This document shows, piece by piece, positions 40,885-49,716 of a stretch of DNA of 61,800 nucleotides; position 1 is the first letter of the stretch; every line of letters starts with the position of its first letter. This stretch comes from a virus (taxonomy: Duplodnaviria; Caudoviricetes), in the IMG/VR virus record IMGVR_UViG_3300006789_000022, positions 1 to 61,800 of that record. The stretch is one strand, 5' to 3'. The position numbers were made by a program, and so were the translations under genes. The notes beneath the pieces are model-generated. The model saw only the letters and a list, made by a program, of their open reading frames with translations. It was not told where the DNA came from and did not search any database.

Positions 40885-41385
40885 TCAGTTAAGTAGAAGT
40901 TTCTTTTTCTCGTTACCCTCATCGTCCTCCTTGAGGACTATGTTCAGGCTCTTGAAATCTTCCCAGTGTCTCTCGTCCACCACCACGCGGTTACCTCTAC
41001 GGTCTGCTTCAAGCAGTTTGCTGGTGGCTGAGACCTCAAAGGAGTCAACCTCCTCGACGTTGCCGATGGCGTGGGTCAGGTCTACAACGTCTTGCGCCGA
41101 GACGTATCGCTCGCCACGGGGGGAGCCACAGTCACAGCCCTCAACGTCACACCGATCAGGGCGGACGGTCAGGACGAAATTGAGGGTGCCGCAATCATCG
41201 CACTCATGGAAATCTATGTCGTGCATTTGAAACCCTGCCTCATTGACAGTCGCTTCAAGTATGTCCTCCATGATACAGGACGGGTTCCTTGAGTTGGTTT
41301 CGTCAACCGGATAATCAGTGTCGATAGCACAACTGTTAAGCTCAAGGACGATGTTGAGGGAAAGGAACTCAGGTTGGAATTGCAT
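40885..41385 (-). CDS. Acidic Cys-containing hypothetical protein
   Basis: Tiled ORF with CDDC and CDVEGCDC. Confidence 0.6.
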   Translation of the reverse strand: MQFQPEFLSLNIVLELNSCAIDTDYPVDETNSRNPSCIMEDILEATVNEAGFQMHDIDFHECDDCGTLNFVLTVRPDRCDVEGCDCGSPRGERYVSAQDVVDLTHAIGNVEEVDSFEVSATSKLLEADRRGNRVVVDERHWEDFKSLNIVLKEDDEGNEKKKLLLN

Positions 41386-41387
41386 GA

Positions 41388-41585
41388 TCAGGATTGGTTG
41401 TCGGGGTTCTCTAGTTCGTCGAACTCCTTGGCAATCTGGTGTGCGTCGAAGTCGGCGTAGTCTCGGGGTCCATCGTGCAGGGAGTCCTTGATGTCTTGCA
41501 GGACTCGGGACACTACCTCGGGCCTCGGTCCCTTGGGACGGGCAGCCTCGAAGAGGTCGGTGATGCTTTGGTGGATGCTTGGCAT
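41388..41585 (-). CDS. Hypothetical protein (65 aa)
   Basis: Has its own leaderless-type promoter. Confidence 0.65.
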   Translation of the reverse strand: MPSIHQSITDLFEAARPKGPRPEVVSRVLQDIKDSLHDGPRDYADFDAHQIAKEFDELENPDNQS

Positions 41586-41620
41586 GGTGATACTATAACA
41601 GAGTGTAATGATTTAGTCAA
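41586..41620 (-). promoter_or_regulatory. Leaderless-type early promoter
   Basis: TTGACT-17-TATAGT-ATCACC-ATG. Confidence 0.8.
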
Positions 41621-41834
41621 CAACTTTCTTTGATTTATTTATTTCCGCATTGAGGGCGGCGTCAAATTCTTCCTCGCTCACGTTCTCAAGTGAGACGATG
41701 GGAGCACCAAGATCCCTGACTCCATCAGGGCGGGAGCCGTCTCGGCAAGACCAAGCTGTGCTCTTGCGCCCATCGTAGATGGTGGCCGTCCTATCGGCTG
41801 GGTTGTAGAAACCAAATATGTGGTCGTAGTTCAT
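41613..41834 (-). CDS. Hypothetical protein (73 aa)
   Basis: Its stop codon overlaps the -35 region of the next promoter. Confidence 0.6.
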   Translation of the reverse strand: MNYDHIFGFYNPADRTATIYDGRKSTAWSCRDGSRPDGVRDLGAPIVSLENVSEEEFDAALNAEINKSKKVVD

Positions 41835-41864
41835 GGAGCGTTAAGCGGAGATTTTATTTTTGAG

Positions 41865-42200
41865 TTAAGCTCTCTCCCCATCGTTGATGTGGTCGTCGGC
41901 TCTCCAGTTGTCCCAGTCTTCCTTCGTCCACTCCTCTTCCTCTTCCTCCTCTTCCTCCTCTTCCTCCTCCTCGGCAGACAGGATCACGGTCTCCGCCTCG
42001 GCGAACGCCTCGCGTTTCTTCTCGGCTTGCTCGGCCTCGTGCTCCGCGATGTAGTCGCGCATGGAGGAGAGCAGGGCGGCCTCGGAGATGGCAACGTGGA
42101 TGACCATGTCATCCTCGTAGGGGAGGAGGTAGCGGAAGCCCATCTTGCGGGTGGCGAGGACGAACAGTCGCAGCCACATTGTCTGAATTAAATCTCTCAT
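41865..42200 (-). CDS. Poly-Glu acidic hypothetical protein
   Basis: ATG 42200 preferred; long Glu run near the C-terminus. Confidence 0.6.
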   Translation of the reverse strand: MRDLIQTMWLRLFVLATRKMGFRYLLPYEDDMVIHVAISEAALLSSMRDYIAEHEAEQAEKKREAFAEAETVILSAEEEEEEEEEEEEEEWTKEDWDNWRADDHINDGERA

Positions 42201-42222
42201 GGTAGTTTCTAATGGTTGAAGG

Positions 42223-43746
42223 TTAGCCGACGTTGATGGCGACTCTCTCGCCGAACGGGTAGCAGGTGACACCGATGTTCTCGGGGGCGTGGTAGCCGAA
42301 GCACAGCCACAGGATGGGGCAGTAAGGCTCCCTCATGTCGTCCCAGTCCCAGCGACAGGTGTAGCCGTCGGTCAGGAAGATGATGCCGTCCGCGTTCGGT
42401 GCGTTCTCCTCGGCCCAGTCGAGGGCTGGCTTGAGTTGAGTCCCGCCCCCGCCGCCGAGGGTCTCGGGGAGTTCGCCTCCAGCGTCCACCTCGTGGGTCT
42501 CGTGGACCCGAGTGTCGCAGGGGACGATGTGAGTGAGGCGGGGCTGGAACTGGTCGAGCACCTCCTGCACCTTGTCGAGCATCGGACCCATCTTGTGGAC
42601 GTTGGAGCCGGAGGTGTCCACGAGGAACACAAGCTCGCCAGCTACCTTGGAGCCACGGGCGCGGCGGACCACGCCAGTCCGGTCGAAGGTGCGAGTGCAG
42701 AGTGGGCGGTCCCAGCCTTCCTCGGAGCGAGCCTGAAACCAGTTGACAAGGTGCTCGTCCCAAGGGACACGGTTCGTGGTCCGCTTCAGGTCGCTCGATG
42801 CGAACGTCCCCGCGCCGGAGCCAAGACCCTTGGTCTCGTTCACACGCTCCTCGTAGGACGCCTGCTGGACAGCCTCACGGTTCGCGGAGTCGAAGTCCTC
42901 AAGAGTCTCACCGTCCTCAAGCTCAGGCTCGCAGAAGTCATCGTGACCACCACCGAACTCTCCGGTGGTTGCCCCATCCCCCGAGCCATCAGGGGATGAG
43001 GCTTCACCATGCTCGTCCGACTCGGCTCCACCCTTGCCGGACTCACCTTCCTGCTCACCAGAATCGTTCTCGTCGCCGGAGTCACCACCGTCCTGATCAC
43101 CAGCCTCGTCGCCGGAGTCAGGGTTCGGGGTGCCGGAGCCGTTGCCAGCCTCGTCACCTTCCTCGTCGGACTGCTCGGAGCCACCGCTGTTCACGTTCAC
43201 AGGAGGAACGGGGTGGGTCTTGAGGATCTTCTCGACGAGTTGCTCGGAGGACAGGTCTTCCTTGTCGGTATCGTATAAATCTTTTTCGTCGATAAGGATA
43301 TCTCCGAGGGGAGTCATCACATCGAACGGCTCAAGTCCGGCGTCGAACATGGCCTGACGGGCCTCGTTGTTGAGATCGCGGAGCCACGCGTTGATGATCA
43401 GGTCGCTCGCCACGTTGGCAGCACACCAGTTCTTTCCCTTCCAGAATATCTGAGCACCGACCTCACGGTAGCGGCGGAATCTCTCAGCGTGGTTGAGCAG
43501 CAGGTGGCAGTTCTCGTGACCGACAACGAACGCACAGTTGGAAGCCTTGAGGGTGTTCAGAACGGCGAGGTTGTAGTAACCGAACCTCCCGTCCATCATG
43601 CCATACTTGGTGGCAGTTGTGTGCTTCATGCCTCGGAGTGAGGCGCGGTAGAGGTAGCCGACCCAGTTGCGGAGGTCGCGGACTCCGACCTCGAAGGGGG
43701 TGGTCCCCCTTGGGTGAACGTCGATGAAGTTGGAAGTGGCAGGCAT
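42223..43746 (-). CDS. DUF2201-type metallopeptidase-VWA protein
   Basis: GHENCH (HEXXH), NVASDLIIN, acidic Gly/Ser linker, MIDAS VDTSGS, GGGGT and LTDG. Confidence 0.85.
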   Translation of the reverse strand: MPATSNFIDVHPRGTTPFEVGVRDLRNWVGYLYRASLRGMKHTTATKYGMMDGRFGYYNLAVLNTLKASNCAFVVGHENCHLLLNHAERFRRYREVGAQIFWKGKNWCAANVASDLIINAWLRDLNNEARQAMFDAGLEPFDVMTPLGDILIDEKDLYDTDKEDLSSEQLVEKILKTHPVPPVNVNSGGSEQSDEEGDEAGNGSGTPNPDSGDEAGDQDGGDSGDENDSGEQEGESGKGGAESDEHGEASSPDGSGDGATTGEFGGGHDDFCEPELEDGETLEDFDSANREAVQQASYEERVNETKGLGSGAGTFASSDLKRTTNRVPWDEHLVNWFQARSEEGWDRPLCTRTFDRTGVVRRARGSKVAGELVFLVDTSGSNVHKMGPMLDKVQEVLDQFQPRLTHIVPCDTRVHETHEVDAGGELPETLGGGGGTQLKPALDWAEENAPNADGIIFLTDGYTCRWDWDDMREPYCPILWLCFGYHAPENIGVTCYPFGERVAINVG

Positions 43747-43781
43747 GGTGATACTATAACAGAGTGTGATGGTTTAGTCAA
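43747..43781 (-). promoter_or_regulatory. Leaderless-type early promoter
   Basis: TTGACT-17-TATAGT-ATCACC-ATG. Confidence 0.8.
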
Positions 43782-43799
43782 TATCTTTCTGATCTTTTT

Positions 43800-44738
43800 T
43801 TAGACAAGCCCACTCGCGGCGAGCTTGTCCTCAAGGGCGGCGGTCACCTTGGTGAACTCCTCGGCCTTGTCCTTCCGCTCGACGGGGTCGAGTCCGACAA
43901 CGTCGAGTCCCTCGACGAGGCTGGCAGCAGTGGCCGCAGCAGTCTCCAGTTCGGGGAGGTCGAGCAGGTTCTTCCCGCGCACCTCGGCGACCAGTTTCTC
44001 CACGGTCTTGAACTTGTCGGCGCGGAGCCGAGTCTTCTTCCCGTCCTCGGTCTTGGAGTCGGCGGCGACGAGCCGCTTGACGCACTCACCGAGGGCGTCG
44101 AGCAGGGACTCGACAGGCTTGGCGTGGGCCGAGAGAACCTTGGCCTTGGCAGACTCCTCGGCCTTGAGCTTGATCCGCTGGACCGTCTCGGCCAGCACGG
44201 TATCGAAGATTTTAGAATCCGAGATAGTGGTCTCGATGTCGAACCCGAGTTCGCTCCGGCGGAGGAACCGATCCACTGTGGGATACTCCACGCCCTCTCC
44301 GAACACGAGCATCTCCTCCTTGCCCCGCTCCTTGAGAGCCTCCCAGTTGCGGCGGATCTCGGCGTTGCACTTGTCGATGCTGATCTTTGCAGCGTTGAAG
44401 ATCTCCTCGAAACGGTCGAAGTCCTGCACTCGACAGAGGTAGGTGTTCGGGCGGCCAGTCTTTGCCAGACCACGGTAGCCCCGCTTAGGGTCACCAGCCA
44501 CGATGTCCTTCTTGAACTGGTTGACGAAGGACCGCGCCGTTCCAATGGCAGTGTCGGTGGCGGGGAGGAAGCGGGAGTTCGCCGACAGGAGTTTCTTGAG
44601 TCCGGCCCTCTCCTCGGGATCGACCTGATCGAGCAGGACTTTCTTCGCGTTGGGGTTGGTCCCCGTGATCACGTAGGACGGGTTGGCGAGGTGGATCTCG
44701 ACGAGCGAGCGGAGGGAGGAAGATTTGATTTCGAGCAT
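43800..44738 (-). CDS. Helical protein, DUF3150-like partner of the AAA/VWA pair
   Basis: Size, helical character, YP motif and position between the AAA and VWA genes. Family call is tentative. Confidence 0.5.
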   Translation of the reverse strand: MLEIKSSSLRSLVEIHLANPSYVITGTNPNAKKVLLDQVDPEERAGLKKLLSANSRFLPATDTAIGTARSFVNQFKKDIVAGDPKRGYRGLAKTGRPNTYLCRVQDFDRFEEIFNAAKISIDKCNAEIRRNWEALKERGKEEMLVFGEGVEYPTVDRFLRRSELGFDIETTISDSKIFDTVLAETVQRIKLKAEESAKAKVLSAHAKPVESLLDALGECVKRLVAADSKTEDGKKTRLRADKFKTVEKLVAEVRGKNLLDLPELETAAATAASLVEGLDVVGLDPVERKDKAEEFTKVTAALEDKLAASGLV

Positions 44739-44773
44739 GGTGGTAGTGTATCAGATAGAGTTTAAGTTGTCAA
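44739..44773 (-). promoter_or_regulatory. Leaderless-type early promoter
   Basis: TTGACA-17-TACACT-ACCACC-ATG. Confidence 0.8.
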
Positions 44774-44798
44774 CTATTTTCTTGGATAATTTTTAGGG

Positions 44799-46004
44799 CT
44801 AGGCGACGAGACCCTTCAGGTGGAGAGCAGATGGGTGGGCGAAGATGGGGTTGTCCCCGTCACCCTCGGGCTGAGTGTGAGCGGCGAGGGTGGAGAACAC
44901 CCACGCTCCAAGCTCGGGACTGCATCCCTCGAAGAGGTCGAAGGCCCAGTCCCACTGGCCGGAAGAGATGGCAGCAGGGTAGTCCTTGCCTCCCTCGTTC
45001 AGGGCGATGCGAGCGGCGGCGAAAGCCACGGCGGGGTGACGGTGCTTGGGAACCTCGGCCATAGTCTTGCGACCCTCGCGGACCTCGGTCACCTCCGGCC
45101 CGATCACGAGCACGGTCTTGATGAGGCTGACCATGTCATCGACTACGGGAGTCGGGATGCGGGATGCAGCATGGAGGGCGAAGAAGTCTACGTCCTTGAT
45201 GGAGTCCCAGTCGGGGAACATCCTGAGCACACCTTCCCATGTCCGGCCAGAGCACACGGCCCCGCCAGTGTAGCGGGACGGCTTGTCCTCGCCCTTGACC
45301 TTGCCAGTCCACGGGTTGAGACCCTCGCCCTGAGTCTCCACGCCTTGCCTGAAGAAGTTCAGGTAGGCCCAGACAGGGCTGCCCTTGAAGGTGGGGGCGG
45401 TGTGATTGAGGAAGTCATCGACCGAAAGTTCAAACCGATACTGGCTGCACCGTGCAGCGTCAGGCTGGGAGAGTTCCCGCCCGTTCTCAACATCGTCGAG
45501 CCGCCCGTTAAACGTGATCATAAACCTCACGTTAGGGCCGACCTTGTGGACCCCGATGTAGCGGTCCTGCCCGTCCGGTGCGTAGAGAGCGGGACGGTAT
45601 GCCTGCTTGATCTGGCCGGACGCGGCCTGCCACTCCTCCAGAATGACGAGGATAGGCTTGTCGCCCACGGTCGCCCAGACCGGAGCCTCCTCGGGCTTGA
45701 TGGACACCGAACGGTAGTCACCGTTGCCCTCGTGGTGAGGGACTTGGATACCACGAGCAGTCTCCTCGTGGACTCCGGCACAGTTGAAGGTGACGATCCC
45801 GCCCTCGTGGTTCGGGTCACGGGCATCAGCCCACGAGATGAACTGAGCAGGGATGCCGAGTTCCTTGGCAACCTCCTTGCCGGACGAGGACTTGCCTCCT
45901 CCGGTGGGGCCGCCGACTGCGAGGACCGAGCCGGAGCGTTCGGCCATTCGGGTTGCGGCGGGGACGCCGGAGAAGGAGAGTTTCGGTAGAGAAGTTTCAA
46001 GCAT
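44799..46004 (-). CDS. AAA+ ATPase (MoxR/dynein-related type)
   Basis: Walker A GPTGGGKS, Walker B ILVILEE, sensor ITFN, SGRTWE; next to a VWA gene. Confidence 0.8.
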   Translation of the reverse strand: MLETSLPKLSFSGVPAATRMAERSGSVLAVGGPTGGGKSSSGKEVAKELGIPAQFISWADARDPNHEGGIVTFNCAGVHEETARGIQVPHHEGNGDYRSVSIKPEEAPVWATVGDKPILVILEEWQAASGQIKQAYRPALYAPDGQDRYIGVHKVGPNVRFMITFNGRLDDVENGRELSQPDAARCSQYRFELSVDDFLNHTAPTFKGSPVWAYLNFFRQGVETQGEGLNPWTGKVKGEDKPSRYTGGAVCSGRTWEGVLRMFPDWDSIKDVDFFALHAASRIPTPVVDDMVSLIKTVLVIGPEVTEVREGRKTMAEVPKHRHPAVAFAAARIALNEGGKDYPAAISSGQWDWAFDLFEGCSPELGAWVFSTLAAHTQPEGDGDNPIFAHPSALHLKGLVA

Positions 46005-46058
46005 GGGAGTAGTGTATCAGCTAGGTGTTAAGTTGTCAAATGTTTTCTTGAATTATTT
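46005..46058 (-). promoter_or_regulatory. Leaderless-type early promoter with A-rich UP-like repeat
   Basis: AAATAATTCAAGAAAACAT-TTGACA-17-TACACT-ACTCCC-ATG. Confidence 0.85.
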
Positions 46059-46280
46059 TCTGAACTTGAAAGGCACGGCGCGTTGGACTGCATCGAGCAG
46101 GCCCCTGCTGTAGAGGCAGGTGAGGACGCGAGTGGTCTCCTCAAGGTCAGGCACGATACCGTTCTGGTAAGGGTGCTGGGCCTTGAGTTCATCGACGATG
46201 CGGTCGAGTGAGTCGATCACGGCGACGAGATCCTCGGTCGGGATCGGGAGTTCAGGGGTAGGGTCGTGGGAATCAGGCAT
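46053..46280 (-). CDS. Hypothetical protein (75 aa)
   Basis: Stop codon supplied by the promoter repeat; leader ACATTTACCCAGTTACCATC. Confidence 0.65.
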   Translation of the reverse strand: MPDSHDPTPELPIPTEDLVAVIDSLDRIVDELKAQHPYQNGIVPDLEETTRVLTCLYSRGLLDAVQRAVPFKFRK

Positions 46281-46300
46281 GATGGTAACTGGGTAAATGT

Positions 46301-46558
46301 TTAGGCGATGTCGAGGGCGTATGCGTTCCGCAAGTGGTTCTTGTGACGGTCGAGAACGTGGTCCGCCTCGTTCAACTGCTGCTGGAGACTCAACATGTGG
46401 AGGTCAAAGCGTATCCGCTGTTCGGTGCTCATCTCCCTGTGCTTGATAAGGTTCTTTGATCTGATGATCTTCCTACGGATGTTCTTGCAGTCGATGTTCG
46501 CAAGATACATTTTGTGAGTGTCGAGCATTTGGTTGAAGTCGTAATCGTTCATGGGCAT
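46301..46558 (-). CDS. Hypothetical protein
   Basis: ATG 46558 follows the same ACATTTACCCAGTTACCATC leader repeat. Confidence 0.6.
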   Translation of the reverse strand: MPMNDYDFNQMLDTHKMYLANIDCKNIRRKIIRSKNLIKHREMSTEQRIRFDLHMLSLQQQLNEADHVLDRHKNHLRNAYALDIA

Positions 46559-46586
46559 GATGGTAACTGGGTAAATGTTTCTGGGG

Positions 46587-46871
46587 TTAAGCGGAGGGAC
46601 CGTGATGGGTGACGCTAGCGAAGGACAGGGTCGCAGCCTCGTTATCACTATCGAAGAACTCGTCGGTGAACCGGAACCCGTTGGGGTGGGTTGTGCTGGG
46701 GCGAATCCACTCGGGGCGAACGAACTTCTGCCCCGCGTAGTAACCGTCGAAGGCTTGAGCTTCCCCCCTGTTGAGGAACAGCACCCACCCTTGGGGTTCC
46801 TCGTTAGTCTGGACGGCGTGGACGTTGATCGGCATGAAAGGAAGGGTTCCGGTGAAGATTATTCTGGGCAT
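46587..46871 (-). CDS. Hypothetical protein
   Basis: ATG 46871 follows CATTTACCCACTTACCATC, a variant of the leader repeat. Confidence 0.6.
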   Translation of the reverse strand: MPRIIFTGTLPFMPINVHAVQTNEEPQGWVLFLNRGEAQAFDGYYAGQKFVRPEWIRPSTTHPNGFRFTDEFFDSDNEAATLSFASVTHHGPSA

Positions 46872-46899
46872 GATGGTAAGTGGGTAAATGATTCTGGGG

Positions 46900-47544
46900 T
46901 TAAGCGGCGGCGGTCTTGTTGCCCCATGGCAGGCCGAAGTTCTCGGCGCACACTGGCCCGAAGCCAGCGGCAAGGGACTCGGTGGTGGTCAACTCCCGCC
47001 GACAGAAGCAGCAGTTGCCGGAGGCGTGGCCGTGTTCCGCCGCCACCTTGGCGGGGTCAGCGGCGAAGTCCTTCACCAGTTGGACGACCTCGGGGGTCGC
47101 ACCCCGAGCGGGGTGGAAGGCACCATCCTTGATCACTCCGAACCAGCCTGCCCCGAACTCGGGAGCGGCGACGGTGATGGAGCCGTGGTGCTTGGACCGA
47201 GGCCCAGCCTTTGCCACCTTCAGGGTGACGGGACCACGAGTCAGGATGAACTTGGGGAACTTCAGCTTGGCCGAAGCGGTGGCGAAGATGGCCTCGATGG
47301 CGGAGGCATCGACCTTGACGGGCGGGGCCTTGGCCTCGGGAGTGGCGACTCGGTGGAGCCAGAACTTGCGAGCGGCGGACAGGTCGCCCCACTTGTTGAA
47401 TGCCTTGGCGAGATCCTTGGCGAAGGAACTGGCGTCGGGGTCAGCGAAGACGGCAGCGGCGGCCTCGGCGTCAGTTGAAAACTTGGAAGTGAATCCGGCG
47501 TGGGTCTTGCCGGAGGCGGAGGTGATGGAATCGAACTTGAGCAT
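46900..47544 (-). CDS. Protein with C-terminal DUF6011-type zinc finger
   Basis: GNCCFCRRELTTTESLAAGFGPVCAENFG. Confidence 0.75.
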   Translation of the reverse strand: MLKFDSITSASGKTHAGFTSKFSTDAEAAAAVFADPDASSFAKDLAKAFNKWGDLSAARKFWLHRVATPEAKAPPVKVDASAIEAIFATASAKLKFPKFILTRGPVTLKVAKAGPRSKHHGSITVAAPEFGAGWFGVIKDGAFHPARGATPEVVQLVKDFAADPAKVAAEHGHASGNCCFCRRELTTTESLAAGFGPVCAENFGLPWGNKTAAA

Positions 47545-47598
47545 GACGGTAGTATAGCAGGTGGTTAGAGAATTGTCAAATGTTTTCTTGAATTATTT
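47545..47598 (-). promoter_or_regulatory. Leaderless-type early promoter with UP-like repeat
   Basis: Repeat-TTGACA-17-TATACT-ACCGTC-ATG. Confidence 0.85.
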
Positions 47599-47847
47599 TT
47601 GGGGCGGCTTGATGCGGACAAGATCACGGGCCATCCGCTCAACGTCAGGGTAATTGCCGAGAGCCTCGTGATCATTCTCGTTGCTCCAAGGGATCAGGAA
47701 GCGTCGGAGTTCGGTGAGGGAAACGCGGCGGAAGAGACCGAGGCCACTTCTCTCAACGTCACGAGTGAGCTTGTTGGCTTGCTCGGTGAAGGGAGCGATG
47801 GACTTGGTAGCGGCGGCGTCGATGGCAGACTGGAGTGGAGTAGGCAT
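47593..47847 (-). CDS. Hypothetical protein (84 aa)
   Basis: Single gene bounded by promoter repeats on both sides. Confidence 0.7.
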   Translation of the reverse strand: MPTPLQSAIDAAATKSIAPFTEQANKLTRDVERSGLGLFRRVSLTELRRFLIPWSNENDHEALGNYPDVERMARDLVRIKPPQK

Positions 47848-47901
47848 GATGGTAAGGTATCAGAAAGGTGTTAAGTTGTCAAATGTTTTCTTGAATTATT
47901 T
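47848..47901 (-). promoter_or_regulatory. Leaderless-type early promoter with UP-like repeat
   Basis: Repeat-TTGACA-17-TACCTT-ACCATC-ATG. Confidence 0.85.
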
Positions 47902-47907
47902 TTGGGG

Positions 47908-48222
47908 TTAGGAAACCTCCACCTTGATCCCGAGGGCGGTGTGAGTCAGGTCCACCTTGCGGGTGCGTCCGGTGACACCGTTGATCACATAGAGGGAAGC
48001 CCTCCTCCAGCCGAGGCGGTCATCGAGGTAAACGCGGCCCTTCTTGAAGGTCGAGCCGTGCTTGCCAGCGATGGCCGTCAGGGAGCGCCCGAGCTTCTCC
48101 TTCCAGATGGAGTTGCTCATCCCGAACTCGTTGCGGGCGGGGATGGCTGCCTCCATGATGGAGATTGCGGACTGGGCGGTCTCTTCAGTGAAGAGCGGGG
48201 CTGGGATGGCTTTAGCAGGCAT
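47908..48222 (-). CDS. Hypothetical protein (104 aa)
   Basis: Single gene bounded by promoter repeats. Confidence 0.7.
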   Translation of the reverse strand: MPAKAIPAPLFTEETAQSAISIMEAAIPARNEFGMSNSIWKEKLGRSLTAIAGKHGSTFKKGRVYLDDRLGWRRASLYVINGVTGRTRKVDLTHTALGIKVEVS

Positions 48223-48276
48223 GGTGATAAGGTAACAGAAAGGTGTTAAGTTGTCAAATGTTTTCTTGAATTATTT
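48223..48276 (-). promoter_or_regulatory. Leaderless-type early promoter with UP-like repeat
   Basis: Repeat-TTGACA-17-TACCTT-ATCACC-ATG. Confidence 0.85.
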
Positions 48277-48282
48277 TTGGGC

Positions 48283-48591
48283 TTAGGAAACGGGGGCCAC
48301 TCTTGTCCATCCGACGGGGGCGCAGACCCACTTGGCAGGGCGATGAGCTTTCGGGTGATCGACCTCGACGATGTCATCGACCGAGAGGGACCGGAGGTTC
48401 CCGAGACGGTAGGCGGCGGCGATGGGCTTGTCCTCTTCGTTGAGGAACTCCTCCGGTGCGTTGAACATATGGAAGGCTCGGTCGCAGGCGGCGGGACGGC
48501 TGGTGCTGACGGTGTCAACGTAGGAGAAGACGGCTTTGTCGGGGTCCACAAGGTCGGTTCGGAAGGCAACGTGGAAGATGTTTACGATCAT
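48283..48591 (-). CDS. YodL-like domain protein
   Basis: AFHMFN...RSLSVDDIVEV...CAPVGW resembles the YodL RSLSVxD...GF/W signature. Confidence 0.6.
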   Translation of the reverse strand: MIVNIFHVAFRTDLVDPDKAVFSYVDTVSTSRPAACDRAFHMFNAPEEFLNEEDKPIAAAYRLGNLRSLSVDDIVEVDHPKAHRPAKWVCAPVGWTRVAPVS

Positions 48592-48641
48592 GGTAGTTGG
48601 GTATGGTTGGTAGTTTAGGTTGGTGAGATTTCGGGGCGGGG

Positions 48642-49028
48642 TTAGCCCTCGATTTTATCGAGGGTTTTCTGGGTTACCTTTCGCAGTTCAAGAAGTGCGT
48701 TGAACTTCCGGCGGTATGCGTCACCGAGTCCGACTACCACTGGCCTGATGTAGTCGGAGTCGAAGAGGTCGCGGCAACTCTTAGCTGCACGCTCCGCGTT
48801 TTCCTTGTTGTCGAAGACTACTGCACCGGAAGGTCCGCCGCCGAAATTGTGTCCGCCGTCTTGGGCAGTGAGGCAGGCACTCTGGGTCGGGTTGTCGTTG
48901 GCGACGACAACCCAAGCGTTGTTGGCGACACGGTTGGCGATCTTGTAAATCTCAATCTGCTCGTTGATCAGGTCGAGGCTTTCTTGTGCGGCGGCGTAGA
49001 GGGCGGCGGAAGTAGTATTAACTGGCAT
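48642..49028 (-). CDS. Hypothetical protein (128 aa)
   Basis: Has its own leaderless-type promoter. Confidence 0.7.
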   Translation of the reverse strand: MPVNTTSAALYAAAQESLDLINEQIEIYKIANRVANNAWVVVANDNPTQSACLTAQDGGHNFGGGPSGAVVFDNKENAERAAKSCRDLFDSDYIRPVVVGLGDAYRRKFNALLELRKVTQKTLDKIEG

Positions 49029-49082
49029 GGTGGTAAGGTATCAGATAGGTGTTAAGTTGTCAAATGTTTTCTTGAATTATTT
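49029..49082 (-). promoter_or_regulatory. Leaderless-type early promoter with UP-like repeat
   Basis: Repeat-TTGACA-17-TACCTT-ACCACC-ATG. Confidence 0.85.
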
Positions 49083-49682
49083 CTGGGCCTTCTTCGCGTG
49101 GACCCAAGCGATGAAGTCGTCGAGTTCGTCCGCCGGAATGTCCACCAGCTTGAGGCCAGCCCACTTCTCGGGGACACCTTGGCTCAGGTCGAAGTCGCGC
49201 CGCCAGTTGGCCTGACGGTCGGCCTCGACTTGGTAGCCCTCGACAACCCAGACCCCTTGCACCTTGCGGCGGTCCACCTTGCGGGGATCGGTATCGACGA
49301 TGGTCGCACCGTCACGGTCCAGCAGGAGGACATGGCGCTCGACCAGCACGAGGTAGCGAGCGTCAGGGGCATCGTTCAGCTTGCGGAGGAGGGGCCGGAT
49401 CTTGGCGACCGAGGGGAGATCCGCATGAAGGCGGCGTAAAGATTTCATCTTCCCGTTGGCTTGCTCGGCCCGATAAGTCAGCTTGCAGGCACTCTTGCGG
49501 GACCGGACTGAGAACCCACCGCGCCGGAGGATGCGCTTAATGTCAGACATATGACCGGAGTAGTGGTAGGTGCTCGGCGGGATGCCAAAGTGAGCGATGA
49601 CCGAGGAGGTGCAGACCGTCTTTCGGCGGCCCGAGGCGTGGGTGATGTGACCGGAGAGGTGGGGAGTGGAGAGAGTAGGCAT
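49077..49682 (-). CDS. Basic hypothetical protein (201 aa), possible Cys-His papain-like fold
   Basis: TVCTSSVIAHFGI and LVLVERHVLLLD...D resemble C39-like cores. Fold call is tentative. Confidence 0.55.
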   Translation of the reverse strand: MPTLSTPHLSGHITHASGRRKTVCTSSVIAHFGIPPSTYHYSGHMSDIKRILRRGGFSVRSRKSACKLTYRAEQANGKMKSLRRLHADLPSVAKIRPLLRKLNDAPDARYLVLVERHVLLLDRDGATIVDTDPRKVDRRKVQGVWVVEGYQVEADRQANWRRDFDLSQGVPEKWAGLKLVDIPADELDDFIAWVHAKKAQK

Positions 49683-49716
49683 GGTAGTGGTAGTATTCAG
49701 GATTCAGGATTCGGGG

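Noticed and set aside
46023-49082. CRISPR array suggested by the 26-36-bp identical repeats
   Set aside because: The spacers are 0.3-1.5 kb, contain whole ORFs, and the repeats are promoter elements. No cas operon is present.
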